A stretch of DNA of 64,000 nt, from assembly GCA_964607965.1 (NCBI GenBank), contig CAZSMH010000001.1, forward strand, positions 20,132 through 84,131, read 5' to 3'. Of the stretch, positions 1-9,414 are shown piece after piece (positions within the stretch are counted from its first letter, which is position 1; each line of letters starts with the position of its first letter). The translations under genes were made by a program, and so were the position numbers. The DNA is from an uncultured Christensenellaceae bacterium. Lineage in GTDB: Bacteria > Bacillota > Clostridia > Christensenellales > SZUA-584. The notes beneath the pieces were generated by a model. It was given only the letters and a program-made list of their open reading frames with translations, made no database searches and had not been told where the DNA came from.

Positions 1-157
1 AAGAACGCAGCAAATCCAGCGAATCGTCACGCGAACCGTCGTTTACAAATATAAGTTCATAATCTTTGAGCGGTTTCATTACTTTTTTTATTCTTTCGTA
101 GAATAAAGGCAAAACCGTATGTTCGTTATAGACGGGAATCACAACGGAGTATTTCAT
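1..157 (-). CDS. Glycosyltransferase family 2, N-terminal fragment (gene runs off the window start)
   Basis: Not in the ORF track. Reverse-strand ATG at 157 with a GGAGGC SD upstream. Translation MKYSVVIPVYNEHTVLPLFYERIKKVMKPLKDYELIFVNDGSRDDS has the classic GT-A/GT2 N-terminus (IPVYNE ... VNDGSxD). Confidence 0.8.
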   Translation of the reverse strand, partial: MKYSVVIPVYNEHTVLPLFYERIKKVMKPLKDYELIFVNDGSRDDSLDLLRS

Positions 158-268
158 ATTAGCCTCCAATAATTATCGAATAAGATTATATACCAAATCA
201 CATAACAATTCAAAGTAATTACATGAGATATTATGTTGCAAAATGTTGAAACGTGGCAGCAAAACAGC

Positions 269-297
269 TTGCGAAGCATAAGCAAAAATGGTAAGAT
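269..297 (+). promoter_or_regulatory. SigmaA-type promoter with extended -10
   Basis: TTGCGA (269-274), 17-nt spacer, TAAGAT (292-297) preceded by TG; 37 nt upstream of ATG 334. Confidence 0.5.
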
Positions 298-333
298 ATG
301 TTTAAATAAATATACGAAAGGAAGTAACGGTAT

Positions 334-2067
334 ATGCTGGCTGTATTAGCGCTTTTTGAAGATTTAACAAAAAGTTGCGGCATAAGCAGCAAAGCACAAG
401 CAGAGATAAAGTCTGCATTTGACGATTGGGAAAATCTCATGCTTGACGGAAAAAATGCTGTGGCGTACTATGCCGGCAATAGCGGCGCCGAAAAACCTGC
501 GCTAGCGTGTATAATAAAAAAAATAACTTCAAACGGCGATAAAAAAGCTGCTATTGTTGAAAATATAGAGCCCCTCGTTATTAAAAGCGGGGAGATCGGC
601 AGGAAAGTTTTTCGCACTGCCCGTCAGAACGGACATTTAAACAAAGAAGGCCATGCACCGATTGTATACTTTTTGCCAAAAACAGAGCTTGACAACCTTT
701 TGCAGCGCTCAAAGCTGGCAGATAAAGCGCAGGCATTGATTGAAGCGGGAGATTACAAAGGCGTATGTATGTTGTTTGCACCACTAAAAACAGTGCGCAC
801 AAACGATATTGTCTGGAACAGCGCAGAGCTGCTATATAAGTTGGGGCTATCGTGCAGCAAGCTTGCGGTAACGCTTAAGATAAAAGCGGCAGAGAAGAAA
901 CGGCTTGAGGAGGCGGAGCGCTACAGGAGTTACTGCATCGCGTTTCTGCAGCGCGGTGCTGTTTTAGAGCCTGAAAGTTCCAGATGTGCTACAGCACTGG
1001 CATATAGGTATTATTCTAATGTACACGAGCTTATGCGTCCGGGTGAAAGACGCGACCAGGATTTATCCGAGCAGATTGACAAGGCGCACGAGTGGCTATC
1101 GCGTGCACTAGAGATATATCCCGAGAGCATACGCAACCATTACCGGAAGGGAAAGCTTATTATAGAAAAGCAGGTACCGTATCTTTTGTTCGGCCAGCGT
1201 GCGTTTGGCTCGCGCGAAGCTGAGCTGCTGCGTGAGATAAGAGAAGTAGGCGAGGAACATCTGGCGACTGCCATTACGCTTTATGAAACGCAGACAGACG
1301 AAGATATAAAGCAGCGCAACCGCCGCGAATACGCTAAGGCGCTTTTCGTTCTGGGCGGATACTATATTGATGACGCTTATCTGCCGATGCACGAATTTTA
1401 TTTAAGAGGTATTGCCGGAACAAAACCTCTGCCCGGCATTCCGGCTATATCCGAGCTTAATATCCAAAGCGCAGTGCAATACCTGGAAAAGTGCTTTAGC
1501 GCTGAAACCGATATGCAGCTTTCTAATCTTGATACTAAACTGATGTCTAAGAAGCATAAAGAATGGACGCGCTCGCCTATTGAAAAACTATACCGTTTAG
1601 GATGTGCGCATAGCGCTCTGGCATTTATAGCGCGCACAAAGGGATGTGAAGATGAGCTGGAAATGCATGCGGATAAAGCTTTGTATTTTCTTGATGCGGC
1701 AATGAAAACGGCAAGAAACAGCACCGACCGCGTTCGCAACACATGGCATATAAGCGAAAAGATAGCCTGGACATATATACACAAGGGAAAATACCAAAAA
1801 GCTGCCTCGCTGCTGTTTTGTGCAAAGTCCGGCTATATAATAAATACACGAGTTATTGCGCTGCTGCTTGAAGGAGGGGCGGACGCAATAAAAAAGGCAG
1901 AAGAAGCGCTTGTTGCGGTATCGAAAGACAAACACAATTTGGCGTCAGGATTAACAAATGTGCTTTTGGCATATATTATAAGGCAAACAAAAAGTACAGA
2001 AGTGCCGCTGACAAAAACGCTGTCTGCAAAGAATCAAAGGCTCGCGAATATACTCGGACTTCAATAA
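334..2067 (+). CDS. Hypothetical 577-aa all-alpha / TPR-like repeat protein, family not recognised
   Basis: ATG with AAAGGAAG SD; an in-frame TAA 3 codons upstream fixes the start. Repeated TPR-like helix pairs (AQALIEAGDYKGVCMLF, AHEWLSRALEIYPES, EKIAWTYIHKGKYQKAASLL). No catalytic motif seen. Confidence 0.6.
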   Translation: MLAVLALFEDLTKSCGISSKAQAEIKSAFDDWENLMLDGKNAVAYYAGNSGAEKPALACIIKKITSNGDKKAAIVENIEPLVIKSGEIGRKVFRTARQNGHLNKEGHAPIVYFLPKTELDNLLQRSKLADKAQALIEAGDYKGVCMLFAPLKTVRTNDIVWNSAELLYKLGLSCSKLAVTLKIKAAEKKRLEEAERYRSYCIAFLQRGAVLEPESSRCATALAYRYYSNVHELMRPGERRDQDLSEQIDKAHEWLSRALEIYPESIRNHYRKGKLIIEKQVPYLLFGQRAFGSREAELLREIREVGEEHLATAITLYETQTDEDIKQRNRREYAKALFVLGGYYIDDAYLPMHEFYLRGIAGTKPLPGIPAISELNIQSAVQYLEKCFSAETDMQLSNLDTKLMSKKHKEWTRSPIEKLYRLGCAHSALAFIARTKGCEDELEMHADKALYFLDAAMKTARNSTDRVRNTWHISEKIAWTYIHKGKYQKAASLLFCAKSGYIINTRVIALLLEGGADAIKKAEEALVAVSKDKHNLASGLTNVLLAYIIRQTKSTEVPLTKTLSAKNQRLANILGLQ

Positions 2068-2095
2068 TTAAATCAACAAACAGCCTTGCCCTTTA

Positions 2096-2124
2096 TTGAC
2101 GAAGACACAGTAATATGATATATT
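2096..2124 (+). promoter_or_regulatory. SigmaA-type promoter with extended -10
   Basis: TTGACG (2096-2101), 17-nt spacer, TGaTATATT with the -10 at 2119-2124; about 50 nt upstream of ATG 2176. Confidence 0.55.
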
Positions 2125-2175
2125 GTCTCTGGTGAATGGAAATGTCACCAAATATGTGAATAAGGAGGTAGAAAC

Positions 2176-2409
2176 ATGAAGATTAAGAACATTAATGAAC
2201 CGCGGAAATTCTTTGAAACGCTCAAAAAATGCAAAGGCAAAATTGAGCTGGTAACTTCAGAGGGTGACAGGCTCAACCTAAAATCAACGCTTTGCCAGTA
2301 CATCATGCTTACACAGATGTTCTCGGAAGCCAAGATTGACGAGCTTGAACTGCTTGTCTCAGAGCCGGAAGATTTGAACCTGCTACTGAATTATCTGGTT
2401 AGAGGATAA
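2176..2409 (+). CDS. Hypothetical small acidic protein (77 aa)
   Basis: AAGGAGG SD 7 nt upstream of the ATG; followed by a clean terminator. No family recognised. Confidence 0.6.
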   Translation: MKIKNINEPRKFFETLKKCKGKIELVTSEGDRLNLKSTLCQYIMLTQMFSEAKIDELELLVSEPEDLNLLLNYLVRG

Positions 2410-2427
2410 CCAAATCTTTCAAAAGTC

Positions 2428-2451
2428 AGCCGCTGATATGCGGCTTTTTTG
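2428..2451 (+). terminator. Rho-independent terminator
   Basis: AGCCGC-tgatat-GCGGCT stem-loop followed by TTTTTT. Confidence 0.8.
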
Positions 2452-2527
2452 ATATATACGAAATGTACGTTTTTTTGTACAGAAACCATGCTAATATAAA
2501 TAAATAAAAGGAAAGGGGCGATATGGT

Positions 2528-5500
2528 TTGGGCTTAAATATTGTGACCGGTCGTGCAGGGAGCGGCAAAAGCCGGTACCTTATGGTACAGATAAAGAAAC
2601 TTTTAAAGAACCCGTTTGAAAAAATTATCGTTATCGTTCCTGGTCAGCTTACCTTCGAGACAGAAAAACGAATAATGCTGGAATGCGGTACGCAGGGTTT
2701 TCTTGGACTTGAGGTTTTGAGCATATCAAGGCTTGCGTATAAAATACTGGAGAATACGGGCGGCAATCCGTTTTTATCCAATTCACAAAAAGCTGTTGCG
2801 TGCCATTTGGCTCTTTTAGCTTTTAACGACCCTTTTTGCGGCACAGGTCACCTGCCTGATTTTGAAGTCTGCCTTGCTAAACTTTTTATGCGGCTTAAAA
2901 GCTACTGCCAGACGCCGGAGAGTCTCAAAAATGCGGTAGAATGTTTAAAAGGCACGGGATTTGGCGACAAATTGTCTGATATTGCGAAAGTGTACGAAAA
3001 ATATATGCAAATCTGCAAAGACCGGGCGGACACGGCAGACATGTATGTACTGGCTGCAAAAAACGTAAAACACGCGGATTTGCACGGCGCACATGTGTTT
3101 ATAGACGGAATGGACAGCTTTTCGCCTGCCGTTATGGCTCTTATGCAGCAGGTAATGGCTGTTTCAAAGCAAACATACGCCGCTTTTCGCGCAGAAGGGG
3201 AAGGTACCGATACGGATTTATTTGCTTCAGAAAAGCGTGATATGGACAGCTTGATAAAAGCCGCCACCACAGCAGGGCTTGAAATAAAGCAAACAGGCGA
3301 CCTTATTCCGCTTGATATACCAGATAGATACAGAAGCAAATCGATAAAATTTTTAGAAGAAAATCTATATGCTTATCCATATACACCGTTTAACGAGAAG
3401 CCTGACGGTATCCGTATAATTGAGGCTGAGGATACAGAGCAGGAAGTCAGAGCATTGGCCGCTAATATAATCGGCGAAGCCCAAAGAGGGAAGCGCTTCC
3501 GCGATATTGCTGTTGCAGTTGGCTCAATCGATAAATACCTGCCAGCAATAAAATCTGTATTTGCACAATGTGGTATATCTTATTTTATTGATGAGAGGCG
3601 CACATTGTCGGAAAATACTTATTATAGTTTTTTATACAGTGCGCTTTGTGCGGCTGCCGGAGATGCCGGTGCGGTTGAGGGCTATGTGTACAGCGAATAC
3701 TCTCCTGCGACAGCGGAGCAGCGTGCAGCGCTTTTAAGCTACACGCAGCGGTACGCTTTGAAGGGCTGGCATTATCATAAAAAGTTTATTTACGGCAGTG
3801 ATGTGCAAGAGATTGAATCTATCCGTACGCAGATAATGCGGCCGCTTAATAACCTTATTGAAGGCATCGCTAAGCCCGATACCCGCGGACAGATAGATTC
3901 GGTCCTAAGTTTTATCAGTGAGTGCAATGTGTATGAAAAGCTAAAAAAACTGAGCGAAAGTGTTGATGAGGCTTTTGTATATGGCGAAATATCGTATATG
4001 GCGCAGGTGTATGACAAAAGCATAGAGGTGCTGGAGGGTATAGCCGATATTGCAGAAGGCATACCGCTGACGCCGAAAACGCTGTGCAGTCTTGTGAAGA
4101 CGGGCTTTGAAGCTGTAAAAATCGCTGTTATACCTCCAGCTACGGATGAGGTGGCGGTTTTTGATATATCTGTTGCCCGCATGCCCGGAATTGATGTGCT
4201 TTTTGTAATAGGAGTAAATGACGGTGTTTGGCCGTCCCGAGAGGACAAGGCAGACATACTGCCGTCGGCGGAGCTTGAATCTTTATATAAAAGTGGTATT
4301 GATATTGGTTTGTACGACCCGGCGGAACATAAATTAAAGGTATATGCAACGCTTGCCAAGCCGAAAGAGAGGCTTATATTAAGCTACAACATACAGTCAG
4401 GGCAGCCGTCGGTCATTATTGACAGAATAAAGCGTCTGTTTCCCAAACTGAAGCCGGAAAAGCCTGATATGCCTCTTGCGTGTGTTGCGGATATTAAGTC
4501 GGAGGTGCTTTTCGCATTGGCCGAAGCGCTGCGCGGCAGAGAGCTCAATATCAAATTACTGCGCAGCTGTGCATATCATTTGACAAATCCGGGCTGGCGC
4601 AATGGCGCACGGGAAATGCTTTTGCGTACCAACGCGGCCATAACCTTAGATGAGGAAACGGCACTGGTGCTGTACGGCAGCATGCGCTGCAGCGCTACTC
4701 GGATAGAAAACTTTTATAAATGCCCTTATAAGCATTTTCTTGATTACGGGCTAAAGGTTAAGCTAAAGCGGGATTATATGCATGACCGCATAGATATAGG
4801 CGCATATATGCATTTTTCGCTCGATATGTTCACAAAAAAATTGCTGGAAGACGGCGCGGATATAAAAAAACTGACTGTGGCTGAAACAACGCAGCGAATG
4901 GCAGAAGCGGCAAAAAGGGCTGCAGAGCAATATGAAAACGGCAAGCTTATTGAGGATGAGCGCTTCGCTTTATTAAAGGTGCAGCTTGAGCGCGAGCTTA
5001 CGGACACAGCGCAGCGTATCCGCAGCCATATGATTGGAAGCAAAGCCTCTATATTCGCCAGCGAATTATCATTTGAGTATGATGCGGGAGCAAAAGACGG
5101 CAACATTAGTATTATCGGAAAAATAGACAGGATTGACAAGGCAGACGGATATTTCCGTGTTGTTGACTATAAATCGTCAAAAACCAAACTGGATTTAAAT
5201 GCGCTGGCAGCAGGCACGTCTATACAGCTGGCAGTATATATAGATGCTGCAAAAAGGATGCTAAAAGACTCAGAGCCAGCCGGCGGTTACTATATGAAAA
5301 TCGGCGAGAAATACAGCGACAGTTATGAACAGGCACAAAAAGACTCAAGAATGACGGGAATATCGCTTTGTGATGCTGATGTGCTGTCGAGTTTTAGCGC
5401 AATTATGCCGGGAGGCGGTTTTTCGGCGATAGACCAGGCAGTGACATCGTCAGGCGCACTTAATATGCGAGGAGCCGCAAGGCTGTTTTCGGCTGAGGAA

Positions 5501-5725
5501 CTAAACGCGCTGCTTTCATTTACCCGCAGCATGATAACAAAGGGCGTAAAACGCATATATTGCGGAGATGCGGATATATGTCCTGCAGAAAAAGCATGTG
5601 GTTATTGCGAATATTCGGGCATATGCCGGATTAATACGAATTATTCTGGAAACACAATCCGGGAGACGCCGTGCTTTGATCGGGCGCTTCTGGAAAACGG
5701 GGAGACAGACAGTGAAAACGCATGA
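2528..5725 (+). CDS. addB: Helicase-nuclease AddAB, subunit B
   Basis: TTG start after an AAAGGGG SD. N-terminal Walker A GRAGSGKS. C-terminal RecB-type nuclease (IDRIDK...VVDYKSSK). Four Cys of the Fe-S cluster (CPYKHF ... CPAEKACGYCEYSGIC). Confidence 0.9.
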   Translation: MGLNIVTGRAGSGKSRYLMVQIKKLLKNPFEKIIVIVPGQLTFETEKRIMLECGTQGFLGLEVLSISRLAYKILENTGGNPFLSNSQKAVACHLALLAFNDPFCGTGHLPDFEVCLAKLFMRLKSYCQTPESLKNAVECLKGTGFGDKLSDIAKVYEKYMQICKDRADTADMYVLAAKNVKHADLHGAHVFIDGMDSFSPAVMALMQQVMAVSKQTYAAFRAEGEGTDTDLFASEKRDMDSLIKAATTAGLEIKQTGDLIPLDIPDRYRSKSIKFLEENLYAYPYTPFNEKPDGIRIIEAEDTEQEVRALAANIIGEAQRGKRFRDIAVAVGSIDKYLPAIKSVFAQCGISYFIDERRTLSENTYYSFLYSALCAAAGDAGAVEGYVYSEYSPATAEQRAALLSYTQRYALKGWHYHKKFIYGSDVQEIESIRTQIMRPLNNLIEGIAKPDTRGQIDSVLSFISECNVYEKLKKLSESVDEAFVYGEISYMAQVYDKSIEVLEGIADIAEGIPLTPKTLCSLVKTGFEAVKIAVIPPATDEVAVFDISVARMPGIDVLFVIGVNDGVWPSREDKADILPSAELESLYKSGIDIGLYDPAEHKLKVYATLAKPKERLILSYNIQSGQPSVIIDRIKRLFPKLKPEKPDMPLACVADIKSEVLFALAEALRGRELNIKLLRSCAYHLTNPGWRNGAREMLLRTNAAITLDEETALVLYGSMRCSATRIENFYKCPYKHFLDYGLKVKLKRDYMHDRIDIGAYMHFSLDMFTKKLLEDGADIKKLTVAETTQRMAEAAKRAAEQYENGKLIEDERFALLKVQLERELTDTAQRIRSHMIGSKASIFASELSFEYDAGAKDGNISIIGKIDRIDKADGYFRVVDYKSSKTKLDLNALAAGTSIQLAVYIDAAKRMLKDSEPAGGYYMKIGEKYSDSYEQAQKDSRMTGISLCDADVLSSFSAIMPGGGFSAIDQAVTSSGALNMRGAARLFSAEELNALLSFTRSMITKGVKRIYCGDADICPAEKACGYCEYSGICRINTNYSGNTIRETPCFDRALLENGETDSENA

Positions 5726-8700
5726 ATGGAACGACCGGCAAAAGCAGGCTATTGATGCCCGTGGCAGCGTTGTTGTGTCGGCAGCGGCAGGCAGCGGCAA
5801 AACGAGCGTTTTGACTGAACGCGTGCTTGCGCTTATTGAAGAAGGCGAAGATATCGAACGCATGCTGATAGTTACGTTTACCAATCTTGCAGCCAGTGAG
5901 ATGCGTGAACGCATTTACAGACGCCTTTCGGAGACCGGACTTGTATCGCCCCGTCTTGCGGCTCAGGCGGAAAAATGCGTGTTTGCGGATATATCTACTC
6001 TTCATGCATTTTGCGGCAGGCTGATCAGAGAAAACTTTGTTTATGCAGGCATATCTCCGGCTTTCGCAATAGCGGACGAATCTCAAACGGCAAGACTGAA
6101 ACAAGCTGCTTTCGAGCAGACTTTAGATTATGCAATGCAGCAAACGCGGTATTATCCGATGGTAAAAAAGTATGCCGACCGCGGGGATACCGACAACATA
6201 CAAAGAATCGTATTTACTATCTACGCACGTGCCGTAAGTTTAAAAGACCCGCAAGGATGGCTTGATAAAGCGCTCCAAAACTATAAAGGCGGCGATTTTA
6301 TTTCCATTCTTTTTGATGAGTATAGTTGTATGGTGCGTGAAGCTGCGGTCGATGCACTGCCGTATTTGCAGCAGCGCACGGCTGTTTGGAGGGAGCGCGG
6401 ATTTGAAGCCGAAGCCTGCGAGTGTGAGAGGGACAGCTTTTTATTTTGTAATCAGTCGGAAAGCATAAAAATAAACAGTGTCTGTCTGCCAAAGGCGGCC
6501 GATATAAGCATAAAGGCTAAAGGGGCTCCGAACCTTGAGAGCAAAAAGCTTACGAATTATGCAAACAGGATATTTAACGAACTGCGCCGCTACGAAGGCA
6601 ATTTTTGTGAAAAAGTAAGAAATGAACTTAATATGACCGCGCAAGACGGACGGTTCTTTATAGAGTTGACACAAGTTTTTATGGAGCGGTATGCGAAGCT
6701 TAAGCTGGCTAAAAATCTTTTAGACCACGATGACACCATGCACTTGGCGCTGCGCGCGCTTTCCGTCAGCGATGTGGCGGCACATTACAGGGAACGCTAC
6801 GCGCATGTTTTTGTAGACGAGTATCAGGATATTAACGGAGTACAGCATGAGATAATATCGCGGCTGCAACGGGGCGGAAACGATTTTTTAGTCGGTGACG
6901 TAAAACAGTGTATATATACATTCCGCGAATCGAACCCCGATTTGCTTATGCTAAGATGCCGCGAGCTTAAGGGAAACGGCCTTATAGAGATGAATACAAA
7001 TTACCGAAGCGCTCCGCCAATAATTGATTTTGTAAACGGCGTAATGAGACACATGATGAGTCAGGACGCGGGCGGAATAGAATATACCGGAGGGCAGGTA
7101 TTAAAGGCCGGTATCGGAGGACAAGGGAATGTGTCGATTGTGCTTGCGGGGGTTGATGAAGAGGATAAACTTGAGGCCGAGGCAGCAGAACTGGCGGAAC
7201 AGATAAAAAAGCTTTATGATAACGGGTTTGCTTATAAGCAGATTGCGGTTTTGCGGCCGGAGATGAGCCAGTCGGGTAAACATATTGTGGCAGCTTTAAG
7301 TGCTGCAGGTATTCCGGTCGTTAACGGCTTTGGAGCGGAAGAGTCGGATTACGCCGAACTCGAAGTTTTTAAGAATTTACTCAAACTCATTGATAAACAG
7401 GAGGACGATATTGCTCTTTTAAGCGTGATGCGTTACCCGTATTTTGCATTTACGGAGCCGGAGCTTGCTGAAATAAGGCTTGCCCAAACACAGGAGCCGG
7501 ACGATAAAAGTTTTTGCCATGCGTTGCAGTCGTTTAAACAAAATTCTCGGCTTGGCAAGAAAGTGCAAAGCTTTCTGTACGAAATAGACAGGTATAAACG
7601 GCTTGGCGAGTGCATGAAACTTCCGGATTTTCTTTTTTGGCTCAGAGAGGAGATAAAGCTTAAAGACTACGCGCTTACGTCGCCCGGCGGATATGGCTGT
7701 GACGCTGCAATCGGAACATTTATCAGTGCAGTTTCCTCTCAAAAACCGATTTGTCTGGCGGATGTGCTTTCTGTTGCCGACAGAATATGTACTAAACGCG
7801 AAACACAGCAAAGTCCGGCGGATGCTGACGGAGTATACCTGACAACTATACATAAATCAAAAGGTCTGGAATTCCGCGCGGTGATTCTGTCCGGTCTGCA
7901 CAAGGTTATAGACCAGAGAGACACAAAAGGCGCCGTGCTTGTAGGTCGCGATTTAGGGCTGGCGCTCGATATACTTGACGAGAAGTTGTTTTTGCGAATA
8001 CCGACTTTTCACAGAATGGCGGTTGCGCGCAGCATAGCGCGCGAAAAAATAAGCGAGACTGTACGGCTTTTGTATGTCGGCATGACGCGCGCCATAGAAC
8101 GGCTGATACTGCTGGGCGCAGGTACGCAGATAAAGGAGTCTTGGCTCGAAAATAAGCCTGACGGATGGCAGCATAAAGCCTATAAATATTTTGACCTGCT
8201 TATGCCAGCCATACAAATGATGTGCCGTGACAGCAAAACGGATTTGTCCGACATAATTTATGTGTCACAAAAGAGCAAGGAAGAAGAGCCGTCGGTTAAT
8301 AAGGAAGAACGGCTGGAGGCTATATTCGCGAAGGCAAAACAAGTGGAGCCTGCAAATATATTTACCGGGTATATGTATAAAGAGGATATCGGGGTGCCGT
8401 CCAAGGTAAGTGTATCCTCTCTAAAACGGCTTGAGGAAGATAAAATATTAATACCGGTAGATATAACAGCACAGACAGACGGCTTAACTGCGGCGCAGAG
8501 AGGTACGGCAACTCACCGTTTGCTTGAGTACACAGGACTTGAACAGAAAACACAAGAAGAAATAAGCGCGTTGATATTAGAACTTGAGAATAAAAAGATA
8601 TTTGAAACAGGCACGGGGGCTTATATAAACGTTAAATCTGTCTGTTCATTTCTTAACAGCAATCTGGCGCAGCGTGCGAGACGGGCGCAAAAATGTCTGC

Positions 8701-8996
8701 TTGAGCAACCCTTCTGCCTTAAAATGCAGGCGTGTGAATGCGGCCTAAAGCCCGGATCGAAAGAGATGGTGATTGTTCAGGGAGTGATTGATCTGTGCTT
8801 TCTGGAGCAGAATAATTGGATAATAATAGATTACAAGACTGATGCGGTAAAGCCAAGCGATGCGCAAAAAGCGGCCGATAAATATGAGCTGCAGCTTAAA
8901 CTGTACTCACAGGCGCTCGAGAGAATAACTTATCTGCCTGTTGCCGAGAAATATATATATTTTCTTTCGGCTGATATGGCCGTTAGGCTTGGATGA
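5712..8996 (+). CDS. addA: ATP-dependent helicase/nuclease AddAB, subunit A (UvrD/PcrA-like)
   Basis: The track ORF starts at 5568, inside addB. The in-frame GTG at 5712 follows a GGGGAG SD and overlaps the addB stop. Motifs WNDRQKQAI, AAAGSGKT, VDEYQD, and C-terminal nuclease GVIDLCF...IIDYKTD. Confidence 0.9.
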   Translation: MKTHEWNDRQKQAIDARGSVVVSAAAGSGKTSVLTERVLALIEEGEDIERMLIVTFTNLAASEMRERIYRRLSETGLVSPRLAAQAEKCVFADISTLHAFCGRLIRENFVYAGISPAFAIADESQTARLKQAAFEQTLDYAMQQTRYYPMVKKYADRGDTDNIQRIVFTIYARAVSLKDPQGWLDKALQNYKGGDFISILFDEYSCMVREAAVDALPYLQQRTAVWRERGFEAEACECERDSFLFCNQSESIKINSVCLPKAADISIKAKGAPNLESKKLTNYANRIFNELRRYEGNFCEKVRNELNMTAQDGRFFIELTQVFMERYAKLKLAKNLLDHDDTMHLALRALSVSDVAAHYRERYAHVFVDEYQDINGVQHEIISRLQRGGNDFLVGDVKQCIYTFRESNPDLLMLRCRELKGNGLIEMNTNYRSAPPIIDFVNGVMRHMMSQDAGGIEYTGGQVLKAGIGGQGNVSIVLAGVDEEDKLEAEAAELAEQIKKLYDNGFAYKQIAVLRPEMSQSGKHIVAALSAAGIPVVNGFGAEESDYAELEVFKNLLKLIDKQEDDIALLSVMRYPYFAFTEPELAEIRLAQTQEPDDKSFCHALQSFKQNSRLGKKVQSFLYEIDRYKRLGECMKLPDFLFWLREEIKLKDYALTSPGGYGCDAAIGTFISAVSSQKPICLADVLSVADRICTKRETQQSPADADGVYLTTIHKSKGLEFRAVILSGLHKVIDQRDTKGAVLVGRDLGLALDILDEKLFLRIPTFHRMAVARSIAREKISETVRLLYVGMTRAIERLILLGAGTQIKESWLENKPDGWQHKAYKYFDLLMPAIQMMCRDSKTDLSDIIYVSQKSKEEEPSVNKEERLEAIFAKAKQVEPANIFTGYMYKEDIGVPSKVSVSSLKRLEEDKILIPVDITAQTDGLTAAQRGTATHRLLEYTGLEQKTQEEISALILELENKKIFETGTGAYINVKSVCSFLNSNLAQRARRAQKCLLEQPFCLKMQACECGLKPGSKEMVIVQGVIDLCFLEQNNWIIIDYKTDAVKPSDAQKAADKYELQLKLYSQALERITYLPVAEKYIYFLSADMAVRLG

Positions 8997-9018
8997 AGGC
9001 TATGAACTGTGATATAAT
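8989..9018 (+). promoter_or_regulatory. SigmaA-type promoter with extended -10 for ybjQ-like gene
   Basis: TTGGAT (8989-8994), 18-nt spacer, TGaTATAAT with the -10 at 9013-9018; overlaps the addA 3' end. Confidence 0.45.
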
Positions 9019-9046
9019 TTAAGTTACATTAACGGAGGACGAAAAT

Positions 9047-9358
9047 ATGATTATAACTACTATAGAAAACCTTGGAAAATCATTCGAACCGCTTGGCATG
9101 GTGAGGGGGTCGATGGTACAGAGTAAACACATTGGTAAAGATTTTATGGCGGGCTTTAAGACAGTGGTGGGGGGAGAGTTAAAGGGATATACCAAAATGC
9201 TCGAGGAAGCACGGGAGATTTCTCTTAAGAGGATGGCTGAACAGGCATCGATACTGGGCGCGGATGCAGTAGTTGGCGTTCGGTTTACTTCAAGTTCCGT
9301 GATGCAGGGCGCGGCCGAGGTTACGGCATACGGCACGGCAATACGTTTTATAAAATAA
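9047..9358 (+). CDS. YbjQ/UPF0145 family (heavy-metal-binding-like) protein
   Basis: ACGGAGGA SD. Sequence pattern G.V.G..V.S....KD......K...GGE...Y..ML..AR..A...M...A..LGA.AVVGVRF is typical of the YbjQ family. Confidence 0.8.
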   Translation: MIITTIENLGKSFEPLGMVRGSMVQSKHIGKDFMAGFKTVVGGELKGYTKMLEEAREISLKRMAEQASILGADAVVGVRFTSSSVMQGAAEVTAYGTAIRFIK

Positions 9359-9414
9359 TGCGTACAAGCCAAGGCTATTGCTGCAAATTATTGCGTATAG
9401 AGATTTAATTATAT

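Noticed and set aside
2459-2472. The sequence CGAAATGTACGTTT upstream of addB, which resembles a LexA/Cheo box (GAAC-N4-GTTC).
   Set aside because: The half-sites are out of register and mismatched (GAAA...CGTT), so it is not a credible SOS box.
5568-5711. The upstream 48-codon extension of the addA ORF given in the track.
   Set aside because: It lies wholly inside addB coding sequence. The in-frame GTG at 5712 with a GGGGAG SD gives the canonical UvrD-like N-terminus (WNDRQKQAI...GSGKT).
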